A stretch of 64,000 nucleotides of DNA, from NCBI GenBank assembly GCA_002238425.1, contig MPMJ01000006.1, forward strand, positions 5,149-69,148, read 5' to 3'. Shown here piece by piece: positions 19,033 through 28,742 of the stretch. The stretch is from SAR202 cluster bacterium bin16. Its GTDB lineage: Bacteria > Chloroflexota > Dehalococcoidia > Lucifugimonadales > Australimonadaceae. Both the position numbers and the translations under genes were made by a program. Below the pieces are notes generated by a model. That model was not told the origin of the DNA. It made no database searches and saw nothing but the letters and a program-made list of their open reading frames with translations. The number at the start of each line of letters is the position of its first letter. Position 1 is the stretch's first letter.

Positions 19033-21663
19033 CTACCCCAGCCCGATGCTCTCGTCGACGACTTCGAGGCGGGCCTTGACGGCGCTGAGGAAGGCGGCGG
19101 CCTCCGCGCCGTCGCCGACGCGGGGGGCGAAGGGGGGGCAGAGGGTCATCATGGGGCGGACCGGGAAGGCGGCGGCCTCCGCGCCGTCGCAGACGCGGTG
19201 GTCGAAGGTGAGACAGAGGTTCATCATGGAGCGCACGGCGATGGCGTCGCCCTCGACGACGACGGGGCGCTTCACGATTGCTTCCGTCGTCATGATGGCG
19301 GCCTGCGGGTGGTTGATGATGGGCACGGAGACGACGGAGCCGAGCGCGCCGGTGTTGTTGAGCGTGAACGTCCCGCCCTGCACGTCCTCGATGGCGAGTG
19401 TCCCCGCGCGCGCGCCGTCGGACAGGCGGCGCAGCTCGGCGGCGATGCCTGCGATGCTGAGCGTGTCGGCGTCGCGCAGCACCGGGACCATGAGCCCGGC
19501 CTCGGTCGAGACGGCGACGGCGAGGTTGACGCGGTTGTTGAGGGTGATGTGGCCGTCGTCCCAGCGCGCGTTGAGGCGCGGGTGCTCGCGCAGGACAGCG
19601 GCCAACGCGCTCGCCGCGAACGGCAGGTAGGTGAGCGGCGTGCCGTGCCTCTCTTCGAATGCCGCCTTGAGCGCGTCCCGCGTTCGCACGAGGCGGGTGA
19701 CGTCCACCTCAACCATCGACCACGCGGCGGGAATCTCGCGGGAGGAGCGGGCCATGTGCTCGGCTATGATGCGGCGGACGGGCGTCAGGGGCATCACGGA
19801 GGTGTCTTCGGCTGCTGCGGCCGGCTCTGCCGGGGCGGCCTCTTCTACTGCTTCCTCTTCCTCCACATCCTCGGGAGCTTCTTCCTCTACCTCATCGACT
19901 TCTTCTGTAGCCGGTTCCTCCTCTACTTCCTCTGGAGCAGCTTCATCCGCGACCGGCTCTGCCTCCGTGGCTTGCGCTGGCTCCGCGGCTTCCTCGTGCG
20001 CTGCCCACGCACTCCCAACAAGCTGCGAGGTTCCTGCCTCCGCAGGAACGACGGGGGGAGGAGCGGGAGTGACGGGGATGGGGGGCTCGTCCTCGGCAAT
20101 GTCTTGCGCGGCCTGCTCCGCCTCTGCGGCTTCCGCCTCTTGCTCGACGACATCTTGCGCGACTTGTACTGCCTCCGCGGCCTGCGCAGATTCCTCGGTT
20201 TCCTCGTGCGCTGCCCGCACACCCTGGATTCCCGCCTGTGCGGGAATGACGGGAATCGGGGGCTCGGCGTCGACTATCGCCAGCGCCGCGTCTTCCGCCT
20301 CTTGCTCGGCGAAATCTTCCGTGAGCGGCTCTGCCTCCGCGGCCTGCGCAGGTTCCTCGGTTTCCTCGTGCGCTGCCCACGCATCCCCAACAGGCTGCGA
20401 GGTTCCTGCCTCCGCAGGAACGACGGGGGGAGGTGCGGGAGTGACGGGACTCGGGAGCTCTTCTCCGATTTCAGTCGGCACCGCGTCTTCCGCCTCTTGC
20501 TCGGCGACATCTTCCGTGAGCGGCTCTGCCTCCGCGGCCTGCGCAGGCTCCTCAGTTTCCTCGTGCGCTGCCCGCGCACCCTGGATTCCCGCCTGTGCGG
20601 GAATGACGGGGCTTGGGGGCTCGGCGTCGGCTACAGGCTGTGCCGCGTCTTCTTCCGCGACCGGCTCTGCCTCCGCGGCCTGCGCAGGCTCCTCGGTTTC
20701 CTCGTGCGCTGCCCACGCACTCCCAACAGGCCGCGAGGTTCCTGCCTCCGCAGGAACGACAGGGGGAGGTGCGGGAATGACCGGGCTTGCCGCCTCAGCC
20801 TCATCTTCCGGAGCGGCCTCCTCTGCCGCCTCCTCCGGTGCAACCGCTTGCACTTCTCCTGCAGCGGGTTCCTCTTCTGCGCTCGCTTCCTCCGTTTGGG
20901 AAGTCATACGGCTGACGGCTTCGAGCAGGTCCTTGCTCGTGATGCGGCCTCCGGTGCCGGTGCCCTCAATCGTCGAGAGGTCGATGCCATACTGCGCCGA
21001 CAGCCTCGCGACGAGCGGCGAGATGACGTAACTGCGGTCCGGCTCCGCGACGCTCGGCGCTGCGGGCTCGTGCGCGCTTTCGATGTGCACGTGCGCGTCC
21101 TGCAGGGCGTCCGGGCGTCCCTCCCCGTGCTCCCCTGAGCCTGTCGGGCCGACGCTGCGGACGCTGTCCATGAACTCAAAGGCGGGTTGCGCGGCTTCTT
21201 CGTCGCCCCCACCCCCAGGGAGAGGGGGTTCTTGTTCGCTGTTCGCGGCCGGCATCGCCCACGCGCCGCCAACACGTCCGGCGTCGCCGGTTGGTTCATC
21301 TTCGGCAGGTGCTTCTTCCTCGAAGGAGATGGGGTCAGCGGATGCGGCTGGGTCGGGCTGGTGAGGGCGCGCTGAAGCGCGTCCTGCCTCCGGAGGAACG
21401 ACGGAGGGATCCTCCCCATCCACCTCCATCTCGCAGATGGGCTGGCCCATGGGGACGGTCTCGCCCTCTTCGGCGAGGGCACGGACGAACACGCCCGTGA
21501 ACGGCGACGGGGCCTCCATGCTCACCTTGTCGGTGACGACTTCGACGAGGGGGTCGTATCGCTCGACGTGCTGGCCCGGCTCCACGAGCCACTTGCCGAT
21601 GACACCCTCGGTCACCGATTCACCCACCTGCGGCAGTTCGATAATCTTGATCATGTTCAGCAT
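19033..21663 (-). CDS. Dihydrolipoamide acyltransferase E2 with greatly expanded repeat linker
   Basis: Lipoyl domain EVVTDKVSME, E3-binding ISPLVARL...GTGGRIT, catalytic FDHRVCDG. Confidence 0.9.
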   Translation of the reverse strand: MLNMIKIIELPQVGESVTEGVIGKWLVEPGQHVERYDPLVEVVTDKVSMEAPSPFTGVFVRALAEEGETVPMGQPICEMEVDGEDPSVVPPEAGRASARPHQPDPAASADPISFEEEAPAEDEPTGDAGRVGGAWAMPAANSEQEPPLPGGGGDEEAAQPAFEFMDSVRSVGPTGSGEHGEGRPDALQDAHVHIESAHEPAAPSVAEPDRSYVISPLVARLSAQYGIDLSTIEGTGTGGRITSKDLLEAVSRMTSQTEEASAEEEPAAGEVQAVAPEEAAEEAAPEDEAEAASPVIPAPPPVVPAEAGTSRPVGSAWAAHEETEEPAQAAEAEPVAEEDAAQPVADAEPPSPVIPAQAGIQGARAAHEETEEPAQAAEAEPLTEDVAEQEAEDAVPTEIGEELPSPVTPAPPPVVPAEAGTSQPVGDAWAAHEETEEPAQAAEAEPLTEDFAEQEAEDAALAIVDAEPPIPVIPAQAGIQGVRAAHEETEESAQAAEAVQVAQDVVEQEAEAAEAEQAAQDIAEDEPPIPVTPAPPPVVPAEAGTSQLVGSAWAAHEEAAEPAQATEAEPVADEAAPEEVEEEPATEEVDEVEEEAPEDVEEEEAVEEAAPAEPAAAAEDTSVMPLTPVRRIIAEHMARSSREIPAAWSMVEVDVTRLVRTRDALKAAFEERHGTPLTYLPFAASALAAVLREHPRLNARWDDGHITLNNRVNLAVAVSTEAGLMVPVLRDADTLSIAGIAAELRRLSDGARAGTLAIEDVQGGTFTLNNTGALGSVVSVPIINHPQAAIMTTEAIVKRPVVVEGDAIAVRSMMNLCLTFDHRVCDGAEAAAFPVRPMMTLCPPFAPRVGDGAEAAAFLSAVKARLEVVDESIGLG
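19940..20790 (-). repeat. Five in-frame repeat units in E2 built on REP palindromes
   Basis: Alternating VVPAEAGTS / VIPAQAGIQ followed by AAHEETEEPAQAAEAE-like blocks; the DNA matches intergenic REPs. Confidence 0.9.
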
Positions 21664-21899
21664 TCCCTCTGCGCTACCGGTTCAGCCTCACTGCGCAACT
21701 TGCCCCGACGGTTCACCCCCATCCCAGCCTTCCCCCATCGAGGGAGAAGGGACAAACACCCTCGCTCCAAGACTGCGAGGTTGCGCGCTAAAGCGCGGGA
21801 ACGACGGGGCCGTGCCCATGCTCCTCACCTCGCCGACTCACCCCTATCCTGACCTTCCCCAACAAGGGGAAGGGACAAACACTCCCGCTCCTGGGATGC

Positions 21900-22883
21900 T
21901 CAGTACGCCACCAGTTCTCTGAGTTTGGCCGCTATCTTCTCCGCTGTCGGCATGTAGGCCGCCTCCAGCGTGGGGGCGAAGGGCATCGCCGGAATCTCGG
22001 GGCCCGCGCACCGCATCACCGGGGCGTCCAGGTACTCGAACGCGTGCTCGGCGATGAGCGCGCTCACCTCCGAGCCGACGGACACTGCGGCGTTGTCCTC
22101 GTGCACCACGAGCACCTTGCTCGTCTTGCGCACCGACTCCAGCACCGTTTCCGTATCGAGCGGCCGGAGCGTGCGCAGGTCGACGACCTCGACGCTCACG
22201 CCCTCGTTCTCCAGTTCGGCAGCCGCCTGCATCGAATAGTGGAGCGTGAGGCCGTACGTGATGACCGACACGTCGGTCCCCTCCCGCTTCACCTCCGCCA
22301 AGCCGATGGGCACGACGTAGTCCTCGTCCGGCGTCTCGCCGCGCACCGAGCGGTACGTGCGCTTGTGCTCCAGCACGATGACGGGGTCGTCGTCGCGGAT
22401 GGCCGCTTTCAGCAGGCCCTTCGCGTCGTACGGGGTCGCCGGGGCAACGACCTTCAGGCCGGGCGTGTGGGCGAAGTACGACTCGACGCTCTGGGAGTGG
22501 TAGAGCCCGCCGCGCACGTGTCCGCCGTACGGGGAGCGCAGCACCATCGGCACGTTCAGCTTCCCGTTGGAGCCGTAGCGAATGCGGGCAGCCTCGCCGA
22601 TCATCTGGTTCACGGTCGGCCAGATGAAGTCCGCGAACTGCACCTCGGCGATGGGGCGCAGGCCGGAGAGCGCCGCGCCGACCGCGATGCCGGCTATCGA
22701 GGCCTCGGCAAGCGGCGTGTCGATGACGCGCTGCTCCCCGAACTCGTCGAGGAAGTCCTTCGTGGCGAGGAAGACGCCGCCACGGCGTCCCACGTCCTCG
22801 CCCATCACGAACACAGACGAGTCGCGCGCCATCTCCTCGCGCATCGCTTCGCGTATGGCTTCTATGACGGTGACTACTGCCAT
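21900..22883 (-). CDS. 2-oxoacid (branched-chain) dehydrogenase E1 beta subunit
   Basis: GEDVGRRGGVF, DTPLAE, EVQFADF, HSQS, DLRTLRPLD. Confidence 0.93.
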   Translation of the reverse strand: MAVVTVIEAIREAMREEMARDSSVFVMGEDVGRRGGVFLATKDFLDEFGEQRVIDTPLAEASIAGIAVGAALSGLRPIAEVQFADFIWPTVNQMIGEAARIRYGSNGKLNVPMVLRSPYGGHVRGGLYHSQSVESYFAHTPGLKVVAPATPYDAKGLLKAAIRDDDPVIVLEHKRTYRSVRGETPDEDYVVPIGLAEVKREGTDVSVITYGLTLHYSMQAAAELENEGVSVEVVDLRTLRPLDTETVLESVRKTSKVLVVHEDNAAVSVGSEVSALIAEHAFEYLDAPVMRCAGPEIPAMPFAPTLEAAYMPTAEKIAAKLRELVAY

Positions 22884-22888
22884 CGTTA

Positions 22889-23133
22889 CTCTCTCACGCT
22901 AGTCCTTCGCCCCTTACCCCAGCCCTCTCCTTCAAAGACCCTTGCGTCACCCCTATCACACCACTCTTCCCCCGCGGGTTCACCCTCACCGCGCGCTAAA
23001 GCGCGTTGCCCTCTCCCCTCAAGGGAGGGGCCGAACACCCCTCGCGTGCCCTGCCAGGCACTCTGGGTTCCCGCTTTCGCGGGAATGATGAATGGGAGTG
23101 GGCATGATGAATGGGAGTGGGCATGACGGGTGC
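22889..23133. repeat. REP-rich insert between E1a and E1b flanked by a duplicated E1b start
   Basis: Palindromes plus a 19-bp tandem ATGATGAATGGGAGTGGGC; flanks 22865-22888 and 23134-23157 are 21/24 identical. Confidence 0.75.
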
Positions 23134-23154
23134 TGACGGTGATTACGGCCATCG

Positions 23155-24177
23155 CTACGTCTCGCTCGTGACGTGGCGGAACACGTCCTCGTCGCTGGGG
23201 AAGGGGGCGGCTTCTGCGGAGTCGGTCGCCACGTTGATCTCGTCGCGCGCGCGCTTCTTCATCGCGGCGTCGCGCTCCTCGGAGAGCAGTCCTGTGCCGG
23301 AGAGCAGCGCGTGCAGTTTCTCCAGCGGATCGCGCTTCCGGGCCTGCTCGATCTCCGCGGGGTCGCGGTAGACAGTGTCGTCGTCGTCGCTGGTGTGCGG
23401 GAGGTAACGCTCGACGTCGAACTCAACGATGCTCGGCCCGCCGCCGATCGCGGCGAGCTGCACCGCGATCGACGCCGCCTGGTACGAGGCGCGGACGTCG
23501 GTGCCGTCGACGGTCGTGCCCGGCATCGCGTAGCCTTCGGCGCGCAGTGCGTACCGCTCGATGGCCATCTGGCGCGACATGGGAACGGAGATAGCGTACT
23601 TGTTGTTCTCCACGAAGAAGACGATGGGCAGCTTGTGGATGGAGGCGAAGTTCATCGCCTCGTGCACCTCGCCCTGGCTCGTGGTGCCGTCGCCGAAGAA
23701 GCAGGCGACGACCGTGTCCTCGCCGCGCATCTTCGCCCCCAGCGCCCAGCCGACAGCCTGCGGGACGTGCGTGCCGATGACGTTGGAGTGGTTGATGAAC
23801 TTGAGCTCAGGAGCGGCCCCGTGCTGGGGGAACTGGCGCGCGCCTGAGAGCGGTTCGCCATCCCTTGCGAGGAAGCCCCGCAGCGAGTCCTCCGCCGTGA
23901 GGCCGAGAGCTGTCGTTACTGCAAGATCGCGGTAGTAGGTGAAGCAGAAGAAGTCCGGCGCGTTCTTCCGGAGAGCCCAGACGGAAGCGAGCTGCGCGGC
24001 CTCGTGGCCCTGGCTCGACGCGACGATGGCCGCCTTGCCCTGCCGGTTCATCGCCCACACCCGTTCGTCCAACGTACGAACGAGGAGCATGGTGGCGTAG
24101 ATGTCCAGCAGGTCCTCTGTGGTCAGCGCATCTGCCGGCGCATCCGGGAGGTCGGTCTGCAGTTCCGCATCTGCCAT
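23155..24177 (-). CDS. 2-oxoacid (branched-chain) dehydrogenase E1 alpha subunit
   Basis: TPP motif GDGTTSQGEVHEAMNFA...ENNKYAIS; PHTSDDDD resembles BkdAA. Confidence 0.92.
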   Translation of the reverse strand: MADAELQTDLPDAPADALTTEDLLDIYATMLLVRTLDERVWAMNRQGKAAIVASSQGHEAAQLASVWALRKNAPDFFCFTYYRDLAVTTALGLTAEDSLRGFLARDGEPLSGARQFPQHGAAPELKFINHSNVIGTHVPQAVGWALGAKMRGEDTVVACFFGDGTTSQGEVHEAMNFASIHKLPIVFFVENNKYAISVPMSRQMAIERYALRAEGYAMPGTTVDGTDVRASYQAASIAVQLAAIGGGPSIVEFDVERYLPHTSDDDDTVYRDPAEIEQARKRDPLEKLHALLSGTGLLSEERDAAMKKRARDEINVATDSAEAAPFPSDEDVFRHVTSET

Positions 24178-24305
24178 CGTACGTCGATTATCCCACACCC
24201 GCCGCTCCACGCCACGCGGGATACGGGACGTTTTCGGCGCATTCCGCACCCCTGCCCGCCCAGCCCGGGTTGCGTAATCGCACTTAAAGGTGCGATGCTC
24301 TTGCC

Positions 24306-24511
24306 GTGAACAACAGGGAGTTCGTCAGGCGCGCGAGGGCCTACGCCAGGAAGACAGGACAGGAGTTCGTATTCAACCCGCGACTCGGCAAGGGCAGCCA
24401 CGCACAGGTGCGGGTCGCACGTACAGGACGACCGTTCCACACGGCGAGATCCCCACGGGCACCCTGGCTGCGATGCTGAAGGACCTGCAGATAGACAGAG
24501 GGGAGTTCTAG
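24306..24511 (+). pseudogene. hicA: HicA toxin, frameshifted
   Basis: GTG-NNREFVRR...GKGSH lies in one frame and TTVPHGEIPTGTLAAMLKDL in another; one base is missing near 24417. Confidence 0.75.
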
Positions 24512-24514
24512 GCG

Positions 24515-24964
24515 ATGCGCTACGAGTACCCTTGCAAGATCGTCCGGGATGAGGAAGAAGCACGGTCATCCGGAAGAGAGGCGTATAACGTGACCTTTCC
24601 GGACGTGTACGGGGCCAACACCAGCGGGTGGTCATGGGACGAGGCGCTGTCGATGGCCGAGGACTGCCTGGTAGCTGCCTTGGCAGCGCACGTCGAGTAT
24701 CACGAGGACATTCCGGCTCCAAGCCCCCTGCGGGAAGGAGAGGTGGGAATCTCCGTGACGCCCGTCGTTGCGGCGAAGCTGGCGCTCTATACGGCAATGC
24801 GGGAGCAGCACATCACGAACGTTGCACTCGGAGAACGCCTTAGCCTCAGCGAGTCCGCGGTGCGGAAGCTCGTGGACCCCGACCACCGCTCTCACATCAG
24901 TTCGGTGATGAAGGCGCTCCGGGCCGTCGGGCGCAACCTCGTGGTTGAGGACAGGGCTGCCTGA
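24515..24964 (+). CDS. hicB: HicB antitoxin with C-terminal HTH
   Basis: YNVTFPDV, EALSMAEDCL, AAKLALYTAMREQ, DPDHRSHI. Confidence 0.88.
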   Translation: MRYEYPCKIVRDEEEARSSGREAYNVTFPDVYGANTSGWSWDEALSMAEDCLVAALAAHVEYHEDIPAPSPLREGEVGISVTPVVAAKLALYTAMREQHITNVALGERLSLSESAVRKLVDPDHRSHISSVMKALRAVGRNLVVEDRAA

Positions 24965-25090
24965 GGCGCCGGCGTCAGCCAGCGTGTGCTGTCCACGAAC
25001 GTTTCCCGAGAGATGTTTCGGCTGCGCTCAACATGACAACCTCATCCCCTCCCCTGCCCGTTACAATCATTCCTCAACAGGAGGGTCAGG

Positions 25091-26266
25091 GTGCAGCAGC
25101 CGCGTGATGTGCTCGTCCGGTTCCATGAGATCGGGCTGAAGGGGAAGAACCAGCCGATGTTCGTGCGGCGGCTCGTCGAGAACCTCGAACGGGCGACGGC
25201 CGGGCTCGGGGTCGAGCGCGTGTGGGCGACGCGGATGCTGGTGCGGATGCGCCTGGCGCCGGAGGCGGACTGGGAGGCGGTGCGGGCGCGGACGGCGACG
25301 GTGTTCGGCGCGGTGAAATTCAGCATCGCGGCACGCGCAGAGCCTGAGTACGAGGCGGTTTCGGCCCTGCTCCACGAGACCGCGCAGGCGCAGCATTTCT
25401 CGACGTTCCGCATCTCCGCCAACCGGACCGACAAGACGTTCCCCCTTACCTCCCATGACCTCAACGTGCGGCTCGGCGACGAGGTACGCGAGGCCTCCGG
25501 CGCGCGCGTCGACCTCTCGCACCCGGAGGCCGATTTCCGCGTGGTGGTGGGGCGCGACGACGCGTTCGTCTACGCGGACGACTACCGGGGCGCGGGGGGA
25601 CTGCCCGTCGGCACCGGAGGGAAGGTCGCGGTGATGATGTCGGGCGGCATCGACTCGCCGGTCGCGGCGTGGCGCATGATGCGGCGCGGCTGCAAGGCGG
25701 TGCTGGTGCACTTCCACTCCTTCCCGCTCGTGGAGGGGCGTTCGCGGGACAAGGCGAAGGAGCTCGCGGAGTCGCTCAACGGCTGGCAGTACGACACCCG
25801 CCTTCACCTCGTGCCGTTCGCCGACGTGCAACGCCGCGTGATACTGGAGGTGCCGGGGCCGCTGCGCGTCGTCGCGTACCGGCGCTTCATGGTGCGCATC
25901 GCGGAGGCGATCGCCGTGCGGGAGGGGGCGCAAGCACTCGTGACCGGCGAGAGCCTCGGGCAGGTCGGCTCGCAGACGCTGCGCAACATCGCGACCGTCG
26001 ACGAGGCGGCGTCGATGCCGATACTGCGCCCGCTCGTCGGCATGGACAAGAGCGAGATCATCGACCAGGCGGAGGCGATCGGGACGTTCGAGACGTCGAT
26101 CCAGCCGGACGAGGACTGCTGCACGCTGTTCGTGCCGCGCTCGCCGGCGACCGCCGTCAAGCCCGAGCAGATCGCGGAGCACGAGGCGCGGCTGGACGTG
26201 GCCGCGCTCGTGAGCGAGGCGGCGGGGGCGGCGGAGGTGTTCGAGTACCACGCGCCGGTGGCGTAG
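25091..26266 (+). CDS. thiI: tRNA 4-thiouridine synthase
   Basis: EIGLKGKN, THUMP domain, SGGIDSPVA, TGESLGQV, DEDCC. Confidence 0.95.
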   Translation: MQQPRDVLVRFHEIGLKGKNQPMFVRRLVENLERATAGLGVERVWATRMLVRMRLAPEADWEAVRARTATVFGAVKFSIAARAEPEYEAVSALLHETAQAQHFSTFRISANRTDKTFPLTSHDLNVRLGDEVREASGARVDLSHPEADFRVVVGRDDAFVYADDYRGAGGLPVGTGGKVAVMMSGGIDSPVAAWRMMRRGCKAVLVHFHSFPLVEGRSRDKAKELAESLNGWQYDTRLHLVPFADVQRRVILEVPGPLRVVAYRRFMVRIAEAIAVREGAQALVTGESLGQVGSQTLRNIATVDEAASMPILRPLVGMDKSEIIDQAEAIGTFETSIQPDEDCCTLFVPRSPATAVKPEQIAEHEARLDVAALVSEAAGAAEVFEYHAPVA

Positions 26267-26322
26267 GGCCGACGTGCCCACGAACACCCAGGGCCGAATA
26301 TAATGGTCAGGGAGACGTCGCC

Positions 26323-26556
26323 ATGCAGAAAACGTTACACGTCAGAGCAAGGGTCCAGTTGGGCGGCAGGATCGAGATCGTGGACGAGGGACTCTCGGTG
26401 GGCGAGGACGTGGACGTGGTCATATCGCCAGCGCCCCCGCCAACGACTCGCTCGGCCTACCAGATCATCGCGGAAGGACCGGGGAAACGCTCGTTCAAGA
26501 CTGCGAAGGACGTTGACGACTATATCAAGGAAGAGCGGGCGTCTTGGGACCGCTGA
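26323..26556 (+). CDS. Putative antitoxin (VapB-like)
   Basis: VQLGGRIEI...VDDYIKEERASWD; overlaps the PIN gene start. Confidence 0.75.
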   Translation: MQKTLHVRARVQLGGRIEIVDEGLSVGEDVDVVISPAPPPTTRSAYQIIAEGPGKRSFKTAKDVDDYIKEERASWDR

Positions 26557-27000
26557 CGCTTCCGTCACGCGGATCGATCTACCTGGATACCACTGCCATC
26601 ATCTACAGCGTGGAGCGCAACGAGCCGTATTGCACGCTGCTCGATCCCGTCTGGCAACAGGCAGAGGCAGGACGGCTCGGGCGTTGTATGCAGCGAACTG
26701 GCAGTCTCGGAAACCCTGGTGAGACCCATACGGGAGGGTAATACCGATCTGGAGTCGGTCTTCCGTTCCCTATTCGCCGCCAGGGAGATGGTGCTGCTCC
26801 CGGCCACGCGCCAACTGTGGGAGGACGCCGCTCGCCTCCGTGCAGAGACGGGGCTGAAAACACCCGACTCTCTCCACGCCGCAACAGATCTCAGGGCGGA
26901 ATGCTCGCTCTTCATCACCAATGACACCGGTTTCCGCCGCGTCCAGGGGTTGCCTCTCATCGTCCTGGAGGACCTCCTCACAGAGGATGCCCCTGTATAG
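26544..27000 (+). pseudogene. vapC: VapC/PIN toxin, frameshifted
   Basis: IYLDTTAIIY lies in one frame and CSELAVSETLV...LKTPDSLHAAT...FITND in another; an extra G near 26679-26681. Confidence 0.78.
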
Positions 27001-27075
27001 TTCCGCGCCCGTTTGACGCGCCATGCGGCCGGTGATAACAAGCGGGGAAGTCTCAAAAACCAGGGAGGAACCCCC

Positions 27076-27852
27076 ATGTCACGCGAAATCGACGAAGTCA
27101 AACGGGAAGTCGCCATCGCCAACCGTGTTCTGTCGGAGATGGGACTCGCCACGCACATCCTCGCCTCGCTTGGGCACGTCAGCATGCGCGTCCCCAACCA
27201 GCCGGACCTGTTCGTCGTGAAGGGGCGCGGCTACGCGACAGACGCCCTGCCCGTCGTGCGACCGGAGGAGATGATCGTCGTTGACATGGACGGCAACTTC
27301 ATCGACGGCCCGAAGGGCACCTCGCAGTGCTACGAGGTCAAGATGCACTCCTGCATCTACCGCGAGCGTCCGGAGGTGCTGTCCGTCGTCCACACGCACC
27401 CCCGCTACACGAACGTCCTCGGCCTGAACGACGTGAAGCTCAAGCCGATGTCGAACGAGGGGCACCAGCTCGTGCGGAACGACATCCCCGTCTTCCCGCA
27501 CTCCAAGCTCATCATCACGGAAGAGGACGGCATGCAGGTCGTCGGCGCGATCGGCAACAGCCCCGCGCTCCTGCTGCGCGGACACGGCGCGGTGACGACG
27601 GGGCGGAACATGGAGCAGTCCGTGATGAACATGCTGCACCTGGAGGAGCAGTCGCGCCTCAACTGGGTGGCGCTCGCCGCGTTCGGCCCGGGCTACAAGG
27701 GCATCCCGGACGAGAGTATGGACGAGTTCGCGGCGGGTCAGGCCGCGATGAGCCAGGCCCCGCACCTCGCACGTCCGCTCGCCAACATGCCCCCCATCCC
27801 CATGGGCGGCGTCTGGAAGTACTACACGGAGCTGGTGAGCCAGGACCTGTAG
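27076..27852 (+). CDS. Class II aldolase/adducin family protein
   Basis: GHVSMR, MHSCIY, VVHTHP, LLRGHG. Confidence 0.88.
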   Translation: MSREIDEVKREVAIANRVLSEMGLATHILASLGHVSMRVPNQPDLFVVKGRGYATDALPVVRPEEMIVVDMDGNFIDGPKGTSQCYEVKMHSCIYRERPEVLSVVHTHPRYTNVLGLNDVKLKPMSNEGHQLVRNDIPVFPHSKLIITEEDGMQVVGAIGNSPALLLRGHGAVTTGRNMEQSVMNMLHLEEQSRLNWVALAAFGPGYKGIPDESMDEFAAGQAAMSQAPHLARPLANMPPIPMGGVWKYYTELVSQDL

Positions 27853-27952
27853 GCACGGAGCACGGCACACGAGGCGTGGGGGGAGCCCGGCGGGTTTGGT
27901 TGAGCATCGGCCGGTAAGGATGTAAGATTTCCTTGTATCCTTGCAGTAAGGG

Positions 27953-28297
27953 ATGGCCATGCTTGCCAAGCTCACGTCCAAGAACCAGATAACCCTGCCA
28001 AAGGCCGTCGTCTCCGCGTTCGAGGGCACGGACTATTTCGATGTCACCCAGGAGGATGGGCGCATCATGCTCACCCCCATGCGGGTGACTCCTGCCAGGA
28101 CCTGGACGCTCGCCGATGCCGAGGCTTACGTAGAGAAGATGAAGCGGCTGCAACTTCCGATGGACACGACCGACCCGGAGGTCTGGTTGCAGCGCATGAA
28201 CACGGACAACTCCGAGGCCATCTGGGACAAGATGGACCGGCTTGGGATCACTGAACAGGACATCGCTGACGCTATCGAATGGGCGCGGCGAGGTTGA
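27953..28297 (+). CDS. AbrB/MazE-type antitoxin
   Basis: AKLTSKNQITLPK N-terminus; LGITEQDIADAIEWAR C-terminus. Confidence 0.85.
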   Translation: MAMLAKLTSKNQITLPKAVVSAFEGTDYFDVTQEDGRIMLTPMRVTPARTWTLADAEAYVEKMKRLQLPMDTTDPEVWLQRMNTDNSEAIWDKMDRLGITEQDIADAIEWARRG

Positions 28298-28719
28298 TGA
28301 CCCCACTGCGGTTCGTAATCGACACCAACGTGGTAGTAGGCACTCTCATCTTCCGCTCTGGAAGGCTTGCCTGGCTCCGAGAGGCCTGGCAGGCACAGCA
28401 GGTTATTCCACTCCTCAGTGATGCCACCAGCGCGGAGTTTGCCAGGGTGCTTTCATACTCGAAGTTCGGTCTGAGTCCAAGCGAGCGCACCGACCGTCTG
28501 TCCGCCTACCTCCCCTGGTGCGAGACCGTCGACGTACCGGGCGATACGATTGCCCCAGAGTGCCGCGACCCCTCTGATGCTCCGTTCCTCCAACTGGCTA
28601 TCGCAAGTCAGGCTGATGCGCTGGTGACAGAAGACCGCGACCTTCTCACACTTGCTCCTGTGTTCGACATACCCATCCTCACGTCACGTGAGGCGTGGGA
28701 GCGCCTCACGAACGCCTGA
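28297..28719 (+). CDS. PIN-family toxin (PIN_3 type)
   Basis: VIDTNV, CRDPSD, LVTEDRDLL; TGATG coupling with the antitoxin. Confidence 0.87.
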   Translation: MTPLRFVIDTNVVVGTLIFRSGRLAWLREAWQAQQVIPLLSDATSAEFARVLSYSKFGLSPSERTDRLSAYLPWCETVDVPGDTIAPECRDPSDAPFLQLAIASQADALVTEDRDLLTLAPVFDIPILTSREAWERLTNA

Positions 28720-28742
28720 CCAACCCGATATACTTGCGCCCC

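Noticed and set aside
19090-19239. Possible DGR template/variable repeat pair
   Set aside because: Changes hit both A and T and are biased to one base, the copies are directly tandem, and no reverse transcriptase is in the window.
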